Virus record (IMG/VR): IMGVR_UViG_3300047546_003009
DNA length: 64,000 bases
Strand: one strand, 5' to 3'
DNA from: a virus
Lineage: Duplodnaviria; Heunggongvirae; Uroviricota; Caudoviricetes
This document shows, piece by piece, positions 12,495-23,924 of this stretch (position 1 is the first letter of the stretch; each line of letters starts with the position of its first letter). The notes under the pieces were generated by a model. It did not search any database, was not told the DNA's origin, and saw only the letters and a program-made list of their open reading frames with translations. Both the position numbers and the translations under genes were made by a program.

Positions 12495-13761
12495 CATTGT
12501 ATCTCCATTAATCATGTTCATAATCTTCAACATCAATTCCATCTTTAGTGATAGTCACACAGACATGATCACCAAGTATGTCTTTAAGAATTGCTTCCAT
12601 ACTACGGTTACGAAGCAGATCACTCAATTTACTACACATTTTGTATGTTTCGCCGCTGACATATTCATTGCGGGTTGGATCGCAATAATACGCCACCTCA
12701 CTGAAAAGTGTTTCATCTTCAAAGCTGTCCAACTCGCCCCAAGGATTCAACAGTTCGGGTTTAGCATTAGAGAAATATGGTTCACTTATTCTGAATACAC
12801 ATTCCTCTCCATCGTTGAAATAAGGAGTATATTGTACCCACCGAATCGTTTTAATTTCGGTGCATTCGTTGAAAAACTGTTTAAAAATGTTTTTGATTTC
12901 AGCTTGCATTTTTTCTGTGAAGACATTTTTTGCTTTTTCATACTCTGTAATAAAATTTTCTGCATTTTCTAGCATAATATATCAATCCTCAAGTGAAATA
13001 TGACGTTTACCTAAATTATGTTTACCACGTTCTGTACCAGACATCCATTGTTGCAATTGCATATTGTTCAAATATTTTTCCAACGTTGGAATAAAGCCTA
13101 AATCTTGTATAATATGTTCTTCAGCAATATCCCTCGTTGACACTTTCTTACCGTCGGAGTTTGTGATGTATGTTCCAAACACTTGTTCAACAAGAAAACA
13201 TCCAAAAGCAGAATGAAGTATGGCTCTATGCCTTACATCAGGCATAGCTGCCTTTGTTGAGTCGATGAAGTTATGAATAGGCAGATAATCATCGATATTA
13301 CCGCCATGTTGTTTCCGAGAAATGTTTGCGTGAAGTAGAGGTTTCATATTTGTTTGTGTTAGAACAAACACACAATAATCATTATGAGAGCAGTTGCTAT
13401 TGTCGCACAAAACCCAGAAAAGGTCAACAGCTTTACAAGCTTCCATTTCTTCTTTCTGGCCATTTGCTGCCACGCAACAACAGACGTCCACACCACTGCA
13501 AAGAAGAATATGAAAACAACAAACATCTTAATCATTTTTAACCTCCATGGTCTTCTCAAACTCCCTCGACATATATTTTTCGAGCAGTTGCGTTGAGATC
13601 ATTCGAACGAGGTCGTTATACTGACCATAAACGGAGAACACATACGGACAATGTGCCCAGCTATGTGTCTTAAGGAACGTATAGAACAGCCTGCGATGTT
13701 CTTTGTTCTCGGGGTCGAAATCAATAACAGGTTTCAATGCTTTTCGCAAAACGTGACTCAT

Positions 13762-14070
13762 TTAGCCCTCCAAGGCGACTCGTTTCCATTGGCCATTGGT
13801 ATTAACCCACAACCGATTATCTTTCCCAACACCAAACTCTACTTTGTTTGACATTGCATAATCGGTTTCGGGGAAAATATTAATCCCACCATCACACTGT
13901 GTTATGTGACGTCTTGTTTCTTGGTCATTTGATGTAAGTTTCATTACGGATTTTGTTGGTTGTAAACTGTAACTCGTTGAAAATGATGCCTTCGTGGCAC
14001 CATTAGCCACTCCAGCAACGCTCACAGCTCCAACACCAAACAACCCTGTGATAAAGTTTCTACGATTCAT
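13762..14070 (-). CDS. Tat-signal secreted protein
   Basis: N-terminal MNRRNFITGLFGVGAVSVAGVANG has a twin-arginine motif RRxFI plus a hydrophobic region. Confidence 0.4.
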   Translation of the reverse strand: MNRRNFITGLFGVGAVSVAGVANGATKASFSTSYSLQPTKSVMKLTSNDQETRRHITQCDGGINIFPETDYAMSNKVEFGVGKDNRLWVNTNGQWKRVALEG

Positions 14071-14078
14071 AAAAGCTC

Positions 14079-14657
14079 CTAATCAATGTATAGTTGCAGC
14101 TGATCACCATCAAACTGCCTCGAGGATATTGATCGCACAAGGTCAACCAACGTCGACTCTTTAATGCTATAACCCTTGTTCTTGTACTTGAACAGGCGGT
14201 TAATCGTTGCAACGGGATACGTTACATCATTAATGCTAAGGTTTTTCTTGCGAACATCTTTGATAAAGCTACGGTGCATAAAGACTGTATCACCATCAAA
14301 AGCAGCCATACAAACACTAAAATCGAACGAATAAAGAAGTTCTTCGACGTTTGAATAAAAGCGCTTGGTAATCAGCTGCACTTTAATACTCTTGCGCTTG
14401 AACGTATAGAGTTCTTTTTTAGGACATGAGAACACGCACTTCCAACCGGCAACAGTTAGAGTGTTGTGCAGCTTCTCAGCGTAGACAACATCGCTGAAGA
14501 ACATGTCGTAGTCGGCGATTGGTTCGTTCGTGTTAATCAAGCTTCTGAGAGCACCACCAGCGCACCAAACCTTACCAGGCTCGCAGAACGCCGATACAGG
14601 AAATATACCAGCGTTGCTGCGGTTAAACAAATTCTCAATTTTGAAGCGATGGATCAT
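14079..14657 (-). CDS. Pol-beta-superfamily nucleotidyltransferase, CCA-adding-enzyme head-like
   Basis: CAGGALRSLINTNEPIADYDMFF fits the GGxVRDxLLG...DxD head-domain motif of tRNA nucleotidyltransferases and poly(A) polymerases. It is small (192 aa). Confidence 0.35.
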   Translation of the reverse strand: MIHRFKIENLFNRSNAGIFPVSAFCEPGKVWCAGGALRSLINTNEPIADYDMFFSDVVYAEKLHNTLTVAGWKCVFSCPKKELYTFKRKSIKVQLITKRFYSNVEELLYSFDFSVCMAAFDGDTVFMHRSFIKDVRKKNLSINDVTYPVATINRLFKYKNKGYSIKESTLVDLVRSISSRQFDGDQLQLYID

Positions 14658-17361
14658 TACCCTCTCCTCATCTTAGAGATATCTTTCGCATGGTCGGATG
14701 AAAACACAGGAACTGCGTTTGACTTGTGCATGGTTGAGATACCAATCATAGCATCGCCAGTATACATTACTTTTTCACGTTTGAAAACATCACATTCAGT
14801 CGTTTCAAGTGATTTAATTTCTTTGTAAGTGTCGGCACCTGGACGAAGTATAACGATTGACTGGGGTTTCTTCGCAATGAAAGGTTTCTTGGTAGTTTCA
14901 ACACGATAAGCTGCTTGCTGCTTATTCCAAGCAGCCTTTTGCTTAAGTTTCTGCTTACGGGTTTTCTTCGAAGATTGATTCGTATAGATCAACATAATTC
15001 ACCTGAACATAATATATGGGATGTATTGTACATCACAAAACAAAAAAGGTCAACATAAATGCTGACCTTTTGTAACTTATTGAAATTGTTGTTTATTCAA
15101 TTCCAAAGTGATTTTTTATTCGTCGATCTAGTGCATCACAATCGGACCAATTTTTAGCAATATCTAAACATTCTCGAGCAGTCCGTTCTATGTAATATTC
15201 TTTGATAATATCAACAAAATGTTGAACTTTATCATACGTTTCATAACCATCGTAACCTTCCGGATCATTCACTGCGTCGGGGTCAACGATACCACTAATA
15301 ATAGCAGCCGACTTAACTGTGGGGTTCATTACTACCAGCCTCCTGTATAATGTGCATGTACATATCTGTAAACTTGCCTGGGAAACACTTGAAAGACGTC
15401 AATTGGTTTTTGTTCGTCAAATGCCTTGTTACGTGAATTCCACCAGCGTTCTATATCTTGTTCTGACAGTCCTATACCAGTTAACATATCATTTATTTCA
15501 TTAATCATATCAGTCCCAGAGATTTTCATAGTATTTACCAAACAGTCTATAACCATTTTGGATTCTGCTGTGAAATTTTGTAAATCCTTCTTTGTCCCAT
15601 TTTCGAGTGTGATTAGGACCATGCTCAAATCGACTGTAATTAGTGCCTTCCACTTTTACCAGATTGTAGTCAGAAACACCAGTGTAAAACTGATCTTCCC
15701 ATTCTTTATTATCACCGACTTGACAATCAAACGCAAAAATCATTTCATCAAGCACCCAATCCCACCGAGCAAAGTGATTGCTATCAACATCATACTCGTT
15801 TTCTCTTGGTGCTGCTGATGTGCTTCTGAGATGTTCCGGAACATCTTCATCATCAACATGAGGTGCACCATGCTTAGTTTCTTTCAACTGTTTAAGCATT
15901 GGTAGAATAATATAGGCTAAAGTGTGATACATGCTCCAAGTATCCCACTTGTCAATTTTTACCTTTATCTTTCGTTCGTACCGAATACTATGAACCCAGG
16001 TTAAAAATTTACAGAGTAGAGTTTCATTCCGTTCAAGATTAAAAATTCTGACATGCTCATCATTGGCTTTCAATTTACCATATGCAAGCAGCTCACCAAG
16101 TTTACAAACAATAGGATCGTTCGGGTCTTTCCAGAAAAGAATCTTTTCTGCCAGTTGATACGGACCAAACCAGTTTTTATAAGGTCCAATTTTAACCTTC
16201 ATGTGTTTTCCTATATTCCAATTCAGTTGTGAAAATATGACGCACCCAGGGTTTGATGTGGTTTTGAGTTTCGAGGATAGCAATAATATGGTCGTCAGTC
16301 ATAGCCGATATTGGAATCCATTTCAGCTCGTCGTTACCGCTTGGACCTCTTGTACCCCAATGAAAGGCTTCACGAATTGCTTTATGTGGGTCAGTATCGT
16401 ACACTGACAATTCAACGTAGGGATGATCTTTATGAATTGTTCGGCGAGCATAATCAAGCCCACCATCAACCATATATTCTAAACCGTTCACATCAGTGTA
16501 TACCTTATAGTCATGTCGGTGGAACGACTGAAGAATCGTTCCATCAGGCGTCATAATGCGATTAGCTACAAGCCGACCTTCCATAACAATCTCCGCAAGA
16601 AAATTACATTGTATAGTAGTTTGTTTAAATGGTCAACGTTTATTTTCTTCTTTGGTTTCTGGCTGCTTAATAGGAGCAGTGATGGTGTCCATGATTTTGT
16701 GGCCACTCCACCATCCTGCTCCGGTAAACAAACCTATCAAAAATACTGTTGTATACATCTTATCACCTATTTTGCCAATGGGTTATCTAATGCCTTCTTA
16801 ATTTTATCGTCTACTTCTTTTCTGATTTGTCTCAGATCTCTATCGAGGTCACGCTGGATAGCTTGAACCTGACGCTCAGAAGTTTTGATGGAGTCGTTGA
16901 TTTCTTTTTGAACTTGTTTCATTTCACGATTAGCACTGTTAATTGCTTCTGTTGATTCACGACTCGATTGTTTGCTTGCTCTCTCTACATTTTCAACAAC
17001 ACCTTCAAGTCTACGAATGTCTTGCTTAAGATCATTCTTAATATCTTGAGTGTATTGAACAGCCTTGTCTGAGTTTTCTTGAATAACAGCAAGCTTCTTT
17101 TCTATCTCTGTTAGATCTGGTGAGACATACTCGGCAATCTTCTTTTTCATTCCTTGGTAGTCTTTATAAACCTCAAACGCTCCATATAGACCACCAAGTG
17201 TTGATGATACGAGTGTAAATGCCACCATTAGTTTAGCTGGAGTGAATTCATAACCACCAATGCTAATTACTGTATCTTTGCTAGCATACTTTTTCATTGC
17301 TGCTTCTGCTTCGTCAATCTTTTTATTGATGTCTTTTGTTTCTTGTGTCATTTTAACACCT

Positions 17362-18348
17362 TTAAATTAAATTTTGTTTAAAAATTTTCCAAGCGTTATC
17401 CCATGACCACCGAAAACTACCCTCATAAACACTGTTTCTATTGAGTGTTAGTGCTTTTTGTATGGCATCGTTTAAATTATTCTCATAGTATCCCGTGATT
17501 CCAACATCTATAACATCCCTTGGTCCATCACAATTAAAAGCTGCTACTGGGGTACCACATGCCATTGATTCGATCATAACTAGTCCAAATGTTTCCCATT
17601 TACTTGGAAATACGAATACGTCTGCGTTAGCGTAATATTTTGCTAGATCATGACCTGTTTTATAACCTACAAACATAACATCTGGATATGTTTTCTTGTA
17701 TGTTTCAAGCATCGGTCCATCACCAACCATTATTTTTTGATAACCCGCGTAGTCAAGTTTAAAAAAATCCTCAAGATTTTTTTCTTTACTCACTCTACTA
17801 ACACAAACCATATTTTTATTGTTATTATTTTGTCTTTGCCAAGGATTGAATACATTTCGGTCAACCCCTCTCGTCCATGGTATAATTTCTCCATCAAAAC
17901 CATGTTGTTTTAGATCTTTGACCATCGTTTCTGTTGTTGTCAGAACTTTTCCGGAATGCTTATGAAACCATCTGACTAGAGGCCAAACAATATTTTCAGG
18001 AATTCCAAAAAGCTTATTAATTCCTTCTGGTAGCTTAGTATGATAAGCAGTATTGTACCTAATACCACGTTTGTCAAGATATTGTCTAGCACACAAACCA
18101 ATAGGACCTTCTGTGGCGATGTGGATATGATCCGCAGATATCTCCTCAATGGCTTTACCAATTTTCCAGGGAATGCTAATCTTGAGTTCGTTGTAGCGAG
18201 GGCAATCAAAATAGCAGAACCACCTGGGATCAATATAAACAACATTATAACCATCCAAAACCGCACAAGCTTCAATGTTTTTGTAAGTTGTAACGACACC
18301 ATTAATCTGTTCTGGTAAATTATCCGTTATTATTAGTATTTTCTTCAT
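17362..18348 (-). CDS. glycosyltransferase family 1 (GT4-like)
   Basis: C-terminal FPSKWETFGLVMIESMACGTPVAAF is the GT1 EX7E-type motif. Confidence 0.65.
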   Translation of the reverse strand: MKKILIITDNLPEQINGVVTTYKNIEACAVLDGYNVVYIDPRWFCYFDCPRYNELKISIPWKIGKAIEEISADHIHIATEGPIGLCARQYLDKRGIRYNTAYHTKLPEGINKLFGIPENIVWPLVRWFHKHSGKVLTTTETMVKDLKQHGFDGEIIPWTRGVDRNVFNPWQRQNNNNKNMVCVSRVSKEKNLEDFFKLDYAGYQKIMVGDGPMLETYKKTYPDVMFVGYKTGHDLAKYYANADVFVFPSKWETFGLVMIESMACGTPVAAFNCDGPRDVIDVGITGYYENNLNDAIQKALTLNRNSVYEGSFRWSWDNAWKIFKQNLI

Positions 18349-19093
18349 CTTTTATATATTTCCAAGTAACTATTTCCCAGCTACCGTTCCAATGCTCAAC
18401 GAGTGCCGTCATTGATTCTACCCAATCTCCATCGTTCATGTAAATAACACCATTTATTTCTTTAATTTCGGCGTGGTGAATGTGGCCACATATAACCCCA
18501 TCGTATTGTTTTTTCTTACAGTAAGTAGTGATGTTTTTTTCAAACTCAAATATAAAATCAACGGCTTTTTTTACGTGTCTTTTTAAGAACTGACTAAGAC
18601 TCCAATAACCAAAACCAAATTTATGACGCCACCAATTGAACTTTGTGTTTGCCCATAAGATAAAATCATAGGCACGATCACCAAAAAAAACCAACCATTT
18701 AGCCAGTCTTGTAATTCCATCAAACATATCACCGTGAACAACAAGATAACGCTTACCATCAATTCCTATATGTTCAACATGATTAGCAACTTCTACATTA
18801 CCAAAACCTATATTATAGGGCATGAGTGGTCGTAAAAATTCATCATGATTACCAGCTACGTAGATAACCTTTGTTCCTCGTTTTGAGTGCCCCAATATTC
18901 TTCTTACTACATTTGTATGACTTTGTTTCCATCTCCATTTGTTTTGTTGAATTCTCCATACATCAAGTATATCCCCAACTAGATAGAGGGTTTCACAGGA
19001 GTTGTGTTTGAGAAAGTTGTTTAGTTGTTCAGCTTTCGAGTCTCTGGTTCCTAAGTGAACGTCACTAATAAAAATTGATCTGTATTTTTTCAC
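18320..19093 (-). CDS. calcineurin-like metallophosphoesterase (LpxH-like)
   Basis: FISDVHLG, GDILD and GNHDE metal-binding motifs in LpxH-like order. Confidence 0.55.
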   Translation of the reverse strand: MKKYRSIFISDVHLGTRDSKAEQLNNFLKHNSCETLYLVGDILDVWRIQQNKWRWKQSHTNVVRRILGHSKRGTKVIYVAGNHDEFLRPLMPYNIGFGNVEVANHVEHIGIDGKRYLVVHGDMFDGITRLAKWLVFFGDRAYDFILWANTKFNWWRHKFGFGYWSLSQFLKRHVKKAVDFIFEFEKNITTYCKKKQYDGVICGHIHHAEIKEINGVIYMNDGDWVESMTALVEHWNGSWEIVTWKYIKDEENTNNNG

Positions 19094-19100
19094 TCTTTCC

Positions 19101-21029
19101 TTATCTGTATTGTAGCTCTATTAACTGTTGATGACGGTTTTCGCTTGGTCCGTATAGACCACGTAATGCTCGATTGTTATCAACATTGCCTTTATCTTTA
19201 TAAATTTCAAACGATTTATAAAAAGGAGAGTCTTTCAATATTACTGCAGAGTATGCATCAAATGCTGCATTATATCCCATTGCTGCTAGTACTGCTCCTT
19301 GTGCTGCCACTTGTTGTTCCATCGATTTTGCTTCGCCAGCTTCTTTTTGTGCTTCTTTACCTTTTGCTGCAGCTTCTCTACGTTGCGATTCTACACGAGC
19401 TTGTTGAATCTGTTGCGCTCTTGTTGTTGGTTGCTGGTTTTGTCCTGCTCCACTTGGTGCTGGTGGAGGTGCTGCTGACTGACTTGTTGATTGTGTAACC
19501 GCTGTTGATGTAACTGCTGTTGGTGAAGCTGTTGTTGTTTGTTGCGTAAGTGGGACTGCTGTTGTAACCGCTGCTGGTGATGCTGAAGGAGCAGCTGCTG
19601 TTGAATTGTTTGTAATCGTTGAATTGACATTTTGATCGCTCACTATTGCTATTGTTGACGATTGTGATGTTGTTGACGATGTTGGTGTTGTAACTGTTGT
19701 AGCTGGTGTTGTTTGAGTTTTCTGCTGCGATAATAATTGCTGTGTCGCATATGCTTGAGAATAATTTGGACACTTTCTATCATACAAGCCATTTAGTGTA
19801 CATTGCTGATTAAAATACGCTTGTGCATACCCTGGACAATCCGGAGCATATAGTGAATTAATTGAGCACTGTTGATTATGAAAAGCCTGTGTATAACCTG
19901 TACAATTCACGTTATACAACGGATTCAATGAACATTGCTGGTTGAAGTATGCTTGGCCATAACCAGGACACTGATTGTTGTATAGAGGGTTCAACGAGCA
20001 CTGTTGATTGAAATATGCTTGTGCATATCCATTACAACCAAAGTCATACAACGGATTCAATGAACACTGTTGATCATAATACGCTTGCGCATAGCCTGGA
20101 CAATCTCTATTATACAAAGGATTAGCTGTACACTGTTGCGTAAAATAAGCAGATGCATAGCCTGGGCAAGCTTGATTGTATAGTGGGTTTATAGAGCATT
20201 GCTGATTGAAGTAGGCAGTAGTATAACCAGGACATGTCGGGTCGTATAAAGCACTTACAGTACATTGTTGTGTTAGGTAAGCAGCAGCATAACCAGAGCA
20301 CGTTGGTGATGATAGGGGATTTGATGTGCAAGGGTCAGCACCTGTAAATCCACCAACAGTATTCCAACTGAATATATTTGCTGAACCCGGTGTGATGTTT
20401 AATCCCTGTCCATGATAATATTGATAGTATTCACCTTTCGATAAATCACCAGCCATTCCAGACGTGACTGGATTCCAATTAACCCTGGCACCAGCAATAC
20501 GAGTATCAACTGTGCCCGATGATGTGATCTTTATTTCAAAGCTGTTACCACCTTGCGAGTTACAACACTGGCTAAGATTATACCACCCATAAGTCATCGA
20601 ATTATTTTCGCGAAGATAATACTGATTCATATTATTCCACGAATATAAATCAGTATGAACACCGTAAATTGTGTAATTATACGCTGGATTAGTTGTATTT
20701 CTCAGATCCACACCAGCACAACATCCACCACCAAGGCCTGATTGCCACGGATTCTGAAAAGTGACGTAACCGTTTGTAGCAGCCCATGATGTTGTAAAGC
20801 TTCTGCCAAAGAATGGAAAAGTAAATCCTAGCGGCACTTCAACAATATTGTCATCGTACGTTGTTATGTTTACAGCAGCTGGATTATTTTTTATTTCCTG
20901 TAGTGGCAAAGCATTTGCACCTACGCCAACAGTTACACTGAGTCCAGGAACTCCCGGAATAGGAACAGTGACAATTTGTGCGTAGCTAGATGTGACCAGC
21001 CAGCAAAGAAGAAAGGCCAAAAAACGCAT
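19101..21029 (-). CDS. secreted protein with about nine tandem 21-aa Cys-containing repeats and a Ser/Thr/Gln-rich linker
   Basis: Signal peptide MRFLAFLLCWLVTSSYAQ. The repeats are CPGYxQAYFNQQCSLNPLYN. They are followed by a long T/S/Q-rich low-complexity region and a C-terminal domain. Confidence 0.6.
   Translation of the reverse strand: MRFLAFLLCWLVTSSYAQIVTVPIPGVPGLSVTVGVGANALPLQEIKNNPAAVNITTYDDNIVEVPLGFTFPFFGRSFTTSWAATNGYVTFQNPWQSGLGGGCCAGVDLRNTTNPAYNYTIYGVHTDLYSWNNMNQYYLRENNSMTYGWYNLSQCCNSQGGNSFEIKITSSGTVDTRIAGARVNWNPVTSGMAGDLSKGEYYQYYHGQGLNITPGSANIFSWNTVGGFTGADPCTSNPLSSPTCSGYAAAYLTQQCTVSALYDPTCPGYTTAYFNQQCSINPLYNQACPGYASAYFTQQCTANPLYNRDCPGYAQAYYDQQCSLNPLYDFGCNGYAQAYFNQQCSLNPLYNNQCPGYGQAYFNQQCSLNPLYNVNCTGYTQAFHNQQCSINSLYAPDCPGYAQAYFNQQCTLNGLYDRKCPNYSQAYATQQLLSQQKTQTTPATTVTTPTSSTTSQSSTIAIVSDQNVNSTITNNSTAAAPSASPAAVTTAVPLTQQTTTASPTAVTSTAVTQSTSQSAAPPPAPSGAGQNQQPTTRAQQIQQARVESQRREAAAKGKEAQKEAGEAKSMEQQVAAQGAVLAAMGYNAAFDAYSAVILKDSPFYKSFEIYKDKGNVDNNRALRGLYGPSENRHQQLIELQYR
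19740..20333 (-). repeat. roughly 63-bp tandem repeat array (about 9 copies) encoding the CPGY...QQC...NPLY protein repeats
   Basis: Recurrent ...ttgaatc/ggattcaatgaacattgctg.../ccagg(a/g)ca... units are visible at DNA level between about 19.75 and 20.33 kb. Coordinates were derived from protein residues about 233 to 430. Confidence 0.55.
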
Positions 21030-21734
21030 TATTTGTCGCTCTTAACCTCTTTAGGTTTTCTTTGTGGGTTGCTTTCCCAAACAACCTTTGCTTCTTCACC
21101 AATCTTTCCATCAACAGGACACGGTGTACCAGCATTCATCATTGCTGTGAATACGCGTTCATCTTGACACATAAGTGAAACAGCAGCAACCTTCATTCCC
21201 ATGTCATAAAGGTTTTTTGAAAGCTTGATTCTTTCACAATTCATGTCTCTGGTAGTTGCACCAAAAGACATGCCGAGAATTTGGGTTTGAACAGCGCCGG
21301 AAGCACCAACAATACAAAGGTCGTTATTAATCGACGTGATTGTAGGTGCTACAGCTGTAGGTGGAGGTGTTCTAACAGTAGTTGTTGACTCTGATTTTGA
21401 GTATGTTGTGCTAGTGCTATTTGAGGTCGAATCAGTAACAATTGGTTCAGCAAAAGCTGATGTATTCATAACAAAAAGCACTGCAAGCAGTTGCTTTTTG
21501 GACATTAAATATTCTCCTGGAAGCCACAATTTGGCTCCCGGTATTTATCTAATCAATGTCTGTTTCTTCTTCGTCATCATCAACTTCATAATCGATTTCA
21601 ATCCCACAATATGGGCAAAATTCCACCTGTTCTCCATCATCATGTGCAGATTTAATTGTAAATTCCGCGTCACAATTGAGGCAAAAATACACAAGAGGTT
21701 CGTGTGGAAATAGTGGTTTAATCATGTTTTACTC

Positions 21735-22739
21735 CTATTTTGCAGCACCCCACACATCACTCCAGTCCCCGTTGAGAGCGCCTTTTGCATAGTCGGTTGC
21801 TCTATTCTCAAAGAAATTGGTGTGTGTTGGAGCATTAATCATTTCCTCAACCCAGGGAAGTGGGTTTTTCTTAACTTTGTTAATTCCTTTCAATCCAAGT
21901 GCAATTAGTCTACGATCAGCAATATATCGAATGTATTGTTTGACATCGGCCGCGGTGAGATTTTCCATCTCACCCATCTCAAAACAAACGTCAATAAATT
22001 TATCTTCAAGTAATACCATCTTTTCTGCAATAGTATAGATGTTGGATTTTAGTTGATCTTCCCAGATGTCTCTGTTCTCTTCAATAAAGGTACGGAACAG
22101 TTTGATCATCGACTCTGTGTGGATTGTTTCGTCAACAATTGACCAGGTCACAATCTGACCCATGCCCTTCATCTTTCCATTACGTGGAAAATTCAGCAGC
22201 ATAATAAAACTAGAGAACAGTTGCATCCCTTCTGTGAACGCGGAGAATGCAGCGATCTGTTGGGCTATCGTTTTTGAGTCCTGGCCAGCAAGTGACATGA
22301 AGTACTCGTGCTTCTCCTTCATTGCCTCGTATTCCAGAAATTCGTTGTACGTTGACTCCGGCATCCCTAAGGTCTCGATCAAATGACTGTAAGCAGCCAC
22401 ATGAAGTGCTTCCCTCGCTGCAAATCCACATAACATCATTCTTACCTCCGGCTGCGGAAAGTAAGGTAAGTAGTTGTTGACGTATCCCCCTGCTACATCC
22501 ACATCGCCCTGAGTGAAAAAGCGAAAGATGTTCGTCAAAAATTGCTTTTCCGGTTTTGTTAATCTGTTCTTCCAATCCTTTACATCCTCCATCATTGGCA
22601 CTTCCGTGTGAAGCCAGTGACTCTGTTCGTGCTTCAGCCACGCTTCATAAGCCCATGGATAGTTAAACGGTTTGAATGTTTGTCTCGGATCCGTCAGCCG
22701 TAGTTTTCTTTTTGCTGCGTTCATATTTCTGTGCTCCAA
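21735..22739 (-). CDS. nrdB: ribonucleotide reductase class I small (beta) subunit
   Basis: Ferritin-like diiron motifs (EALHVAAYSHLIETLG) and a typical R2 N-terminus. Confidence 0.9.
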   Translation of the reverse strand: MEHRNMNAAKRKLRLTDPRQTFKPFNYPWAYEAWLKHEQSHWLHTEVPMMEDVKDWKNRLTKPEKQFLTNIFRFFTQGDVDVAGGYVNNYLPYFPQPEVRMMLCGFAAREALHVAAYSHLIETLGMPESTYNEFLEYEAMKEKHEYFMSLAGQDSKTIAQQIAAFSAFTEGMQLFSSFIMLLNFPRNGKMKGMGQIVTWSIVDETIHTESMIKLFRTFIEENRDIWEDQLKSNIYTIAEKMVLLEDKFIDVCFEMGEMENLTAADVKQYIRYIADRRLIALGLKGINKVKKNPLPWVEEMINAPTHTNFFENRATDYAKGALNGDWSDVWGAAK

Positions 22740-22949
22740 TAATTGTTACGTTACCCTCTGTTTCAATCCATACTCGTGCACCACACGAAAGAGGTTTATC
22801 AGGACTATACACTACTTTTGATGGGCCGTCAATGATTACTTCATGACCATACGTGTTCTTTGATCCTTGTTTGACCGTCAATACAGGATCTTTCTTTCCG
22901 TGTTTATTATTTGATTTAATCACATGCTGGTTAACATGAACAATAGTTT

Positions 22950-23924
22950 TCATTGCAAGCCCAACTTTTTCCAATCGCTCCTAATCTTGTCCTTTACTGC
23001 GTTTGGTAGTGGCACATAGTCAATATCGCTCGCCATTTTATCACCATTTTTAAATGCCCAGTCAAAGAACTTAACAATATCTTTCGTTTTTTCATTCTTT
23101 TCGTAGATCAAAATGAATGTTGCAGAAGTGATTGGCCAACCACTAGGTTGATTGTTTAAGTTTACTGCCATACCCGGGACATCCCACTTGGCATTTTTTG
23201 CTGCTTCAGCAAACGATTGTGCTGATGGCGTTGCAATCTTTTTGTTTGTCTCAATAGAAATAAAGTTTAGTCCACCTTGCTTAACAAAAGCATACTCAAC
23301 ATAACCAAGACTATTGTCAACCGTCTTAACAAAGTTTGCTACACCCGCATTACCCTTACCAGCCAAAAACGTTCCCTTCCATTTTACAGATTTACCTTCT
23401 CCAATCTGTGTTTTAAATTCTTCACTAACTTTTGTTAGATAATCAGTATAAACTGCTGTAGTGCCAGATGCATCTGATCTCACGACAAGGCTAATATGTA
23501 TGTTGGGCAGTTTAGCTTTTGGATTTAGTTTTATAATAGCAGGATCATTCCACTTTATAATTTTACCAACATAAATGTCACCAAGAACCTTGCCTGTTAA
23601 AACAAGATTATTAACACCTTTAATGTTAAAAACAGGAACAACACCGCCAATTACGGCTGGAAATTGATAAACACCCATTTCTTTAAGTTTTTGCTCATCG
23701 ACAGGATCATCTGTTGCACCAAAATCAATTGTTTTTGCTTCTGTTTGTTTGATGCCACCGCCACTACCTATTGCTGAATAGTTTATTTTAACATTAGTTA
23801 CTTTTGCATACTCAGCCGCCCATTTTGAATATATTGGTTCGGGAAACGTTGCTCCTGCACCTGTGAATTGTGCAAACACGTTACTACAAAAAAATGCTAG
23901 AAGAAAACCAAATACTTTTTTCAT
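22950..23924 (-). CDS. pstS: periplasmic phosphate-binding protein PstS
   Basis: Signal peptide plus GAGATFPEPIYSKWAAEY...AIGSGGG, matching PstS. Confidence 0.85.
   Translation of the reverse strand: MKKVFGFLLAFFCSNVFAQFTGAGATFPEPIYSKWAAEYAKVTNVKINYSAIGSGGGIKQTEAKTIDFGATDDPVDEQKLKEMGVYQFPAVIGGVVPVFNIKGVNNLVLTGKVLGDIYVGKIIKWNDPAIIKLNPKAKLPNIHISLVVRSDASGTTAVYTDYLTKVSEEFKTQIGEGKSVKWKGTFLAGKGNAGVANFVKTVDNSLGYVEYAFVKQGGLNFISIETNKKIATPSAQSFAEAAKNAKWDVPGMAVNLNNQPSGWPITSATFILIYEKNEKTKDIVKFFDWAFKNGDKMASDIDYVPLPNAVKDKIRSDWKKLGLQ

Noticed and set aside
19145-19773. ORFs 19145..19498(+), 19378..19773(-) and 19391..19630(-) inside the big secreted-protein gene
   Set aside because: These are alternative-frame or antisense readings of the low-complexity Thr/Ser/Gln linker and repeat DNA. 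The 642-aa frame with its signal peptide is the coherent one.
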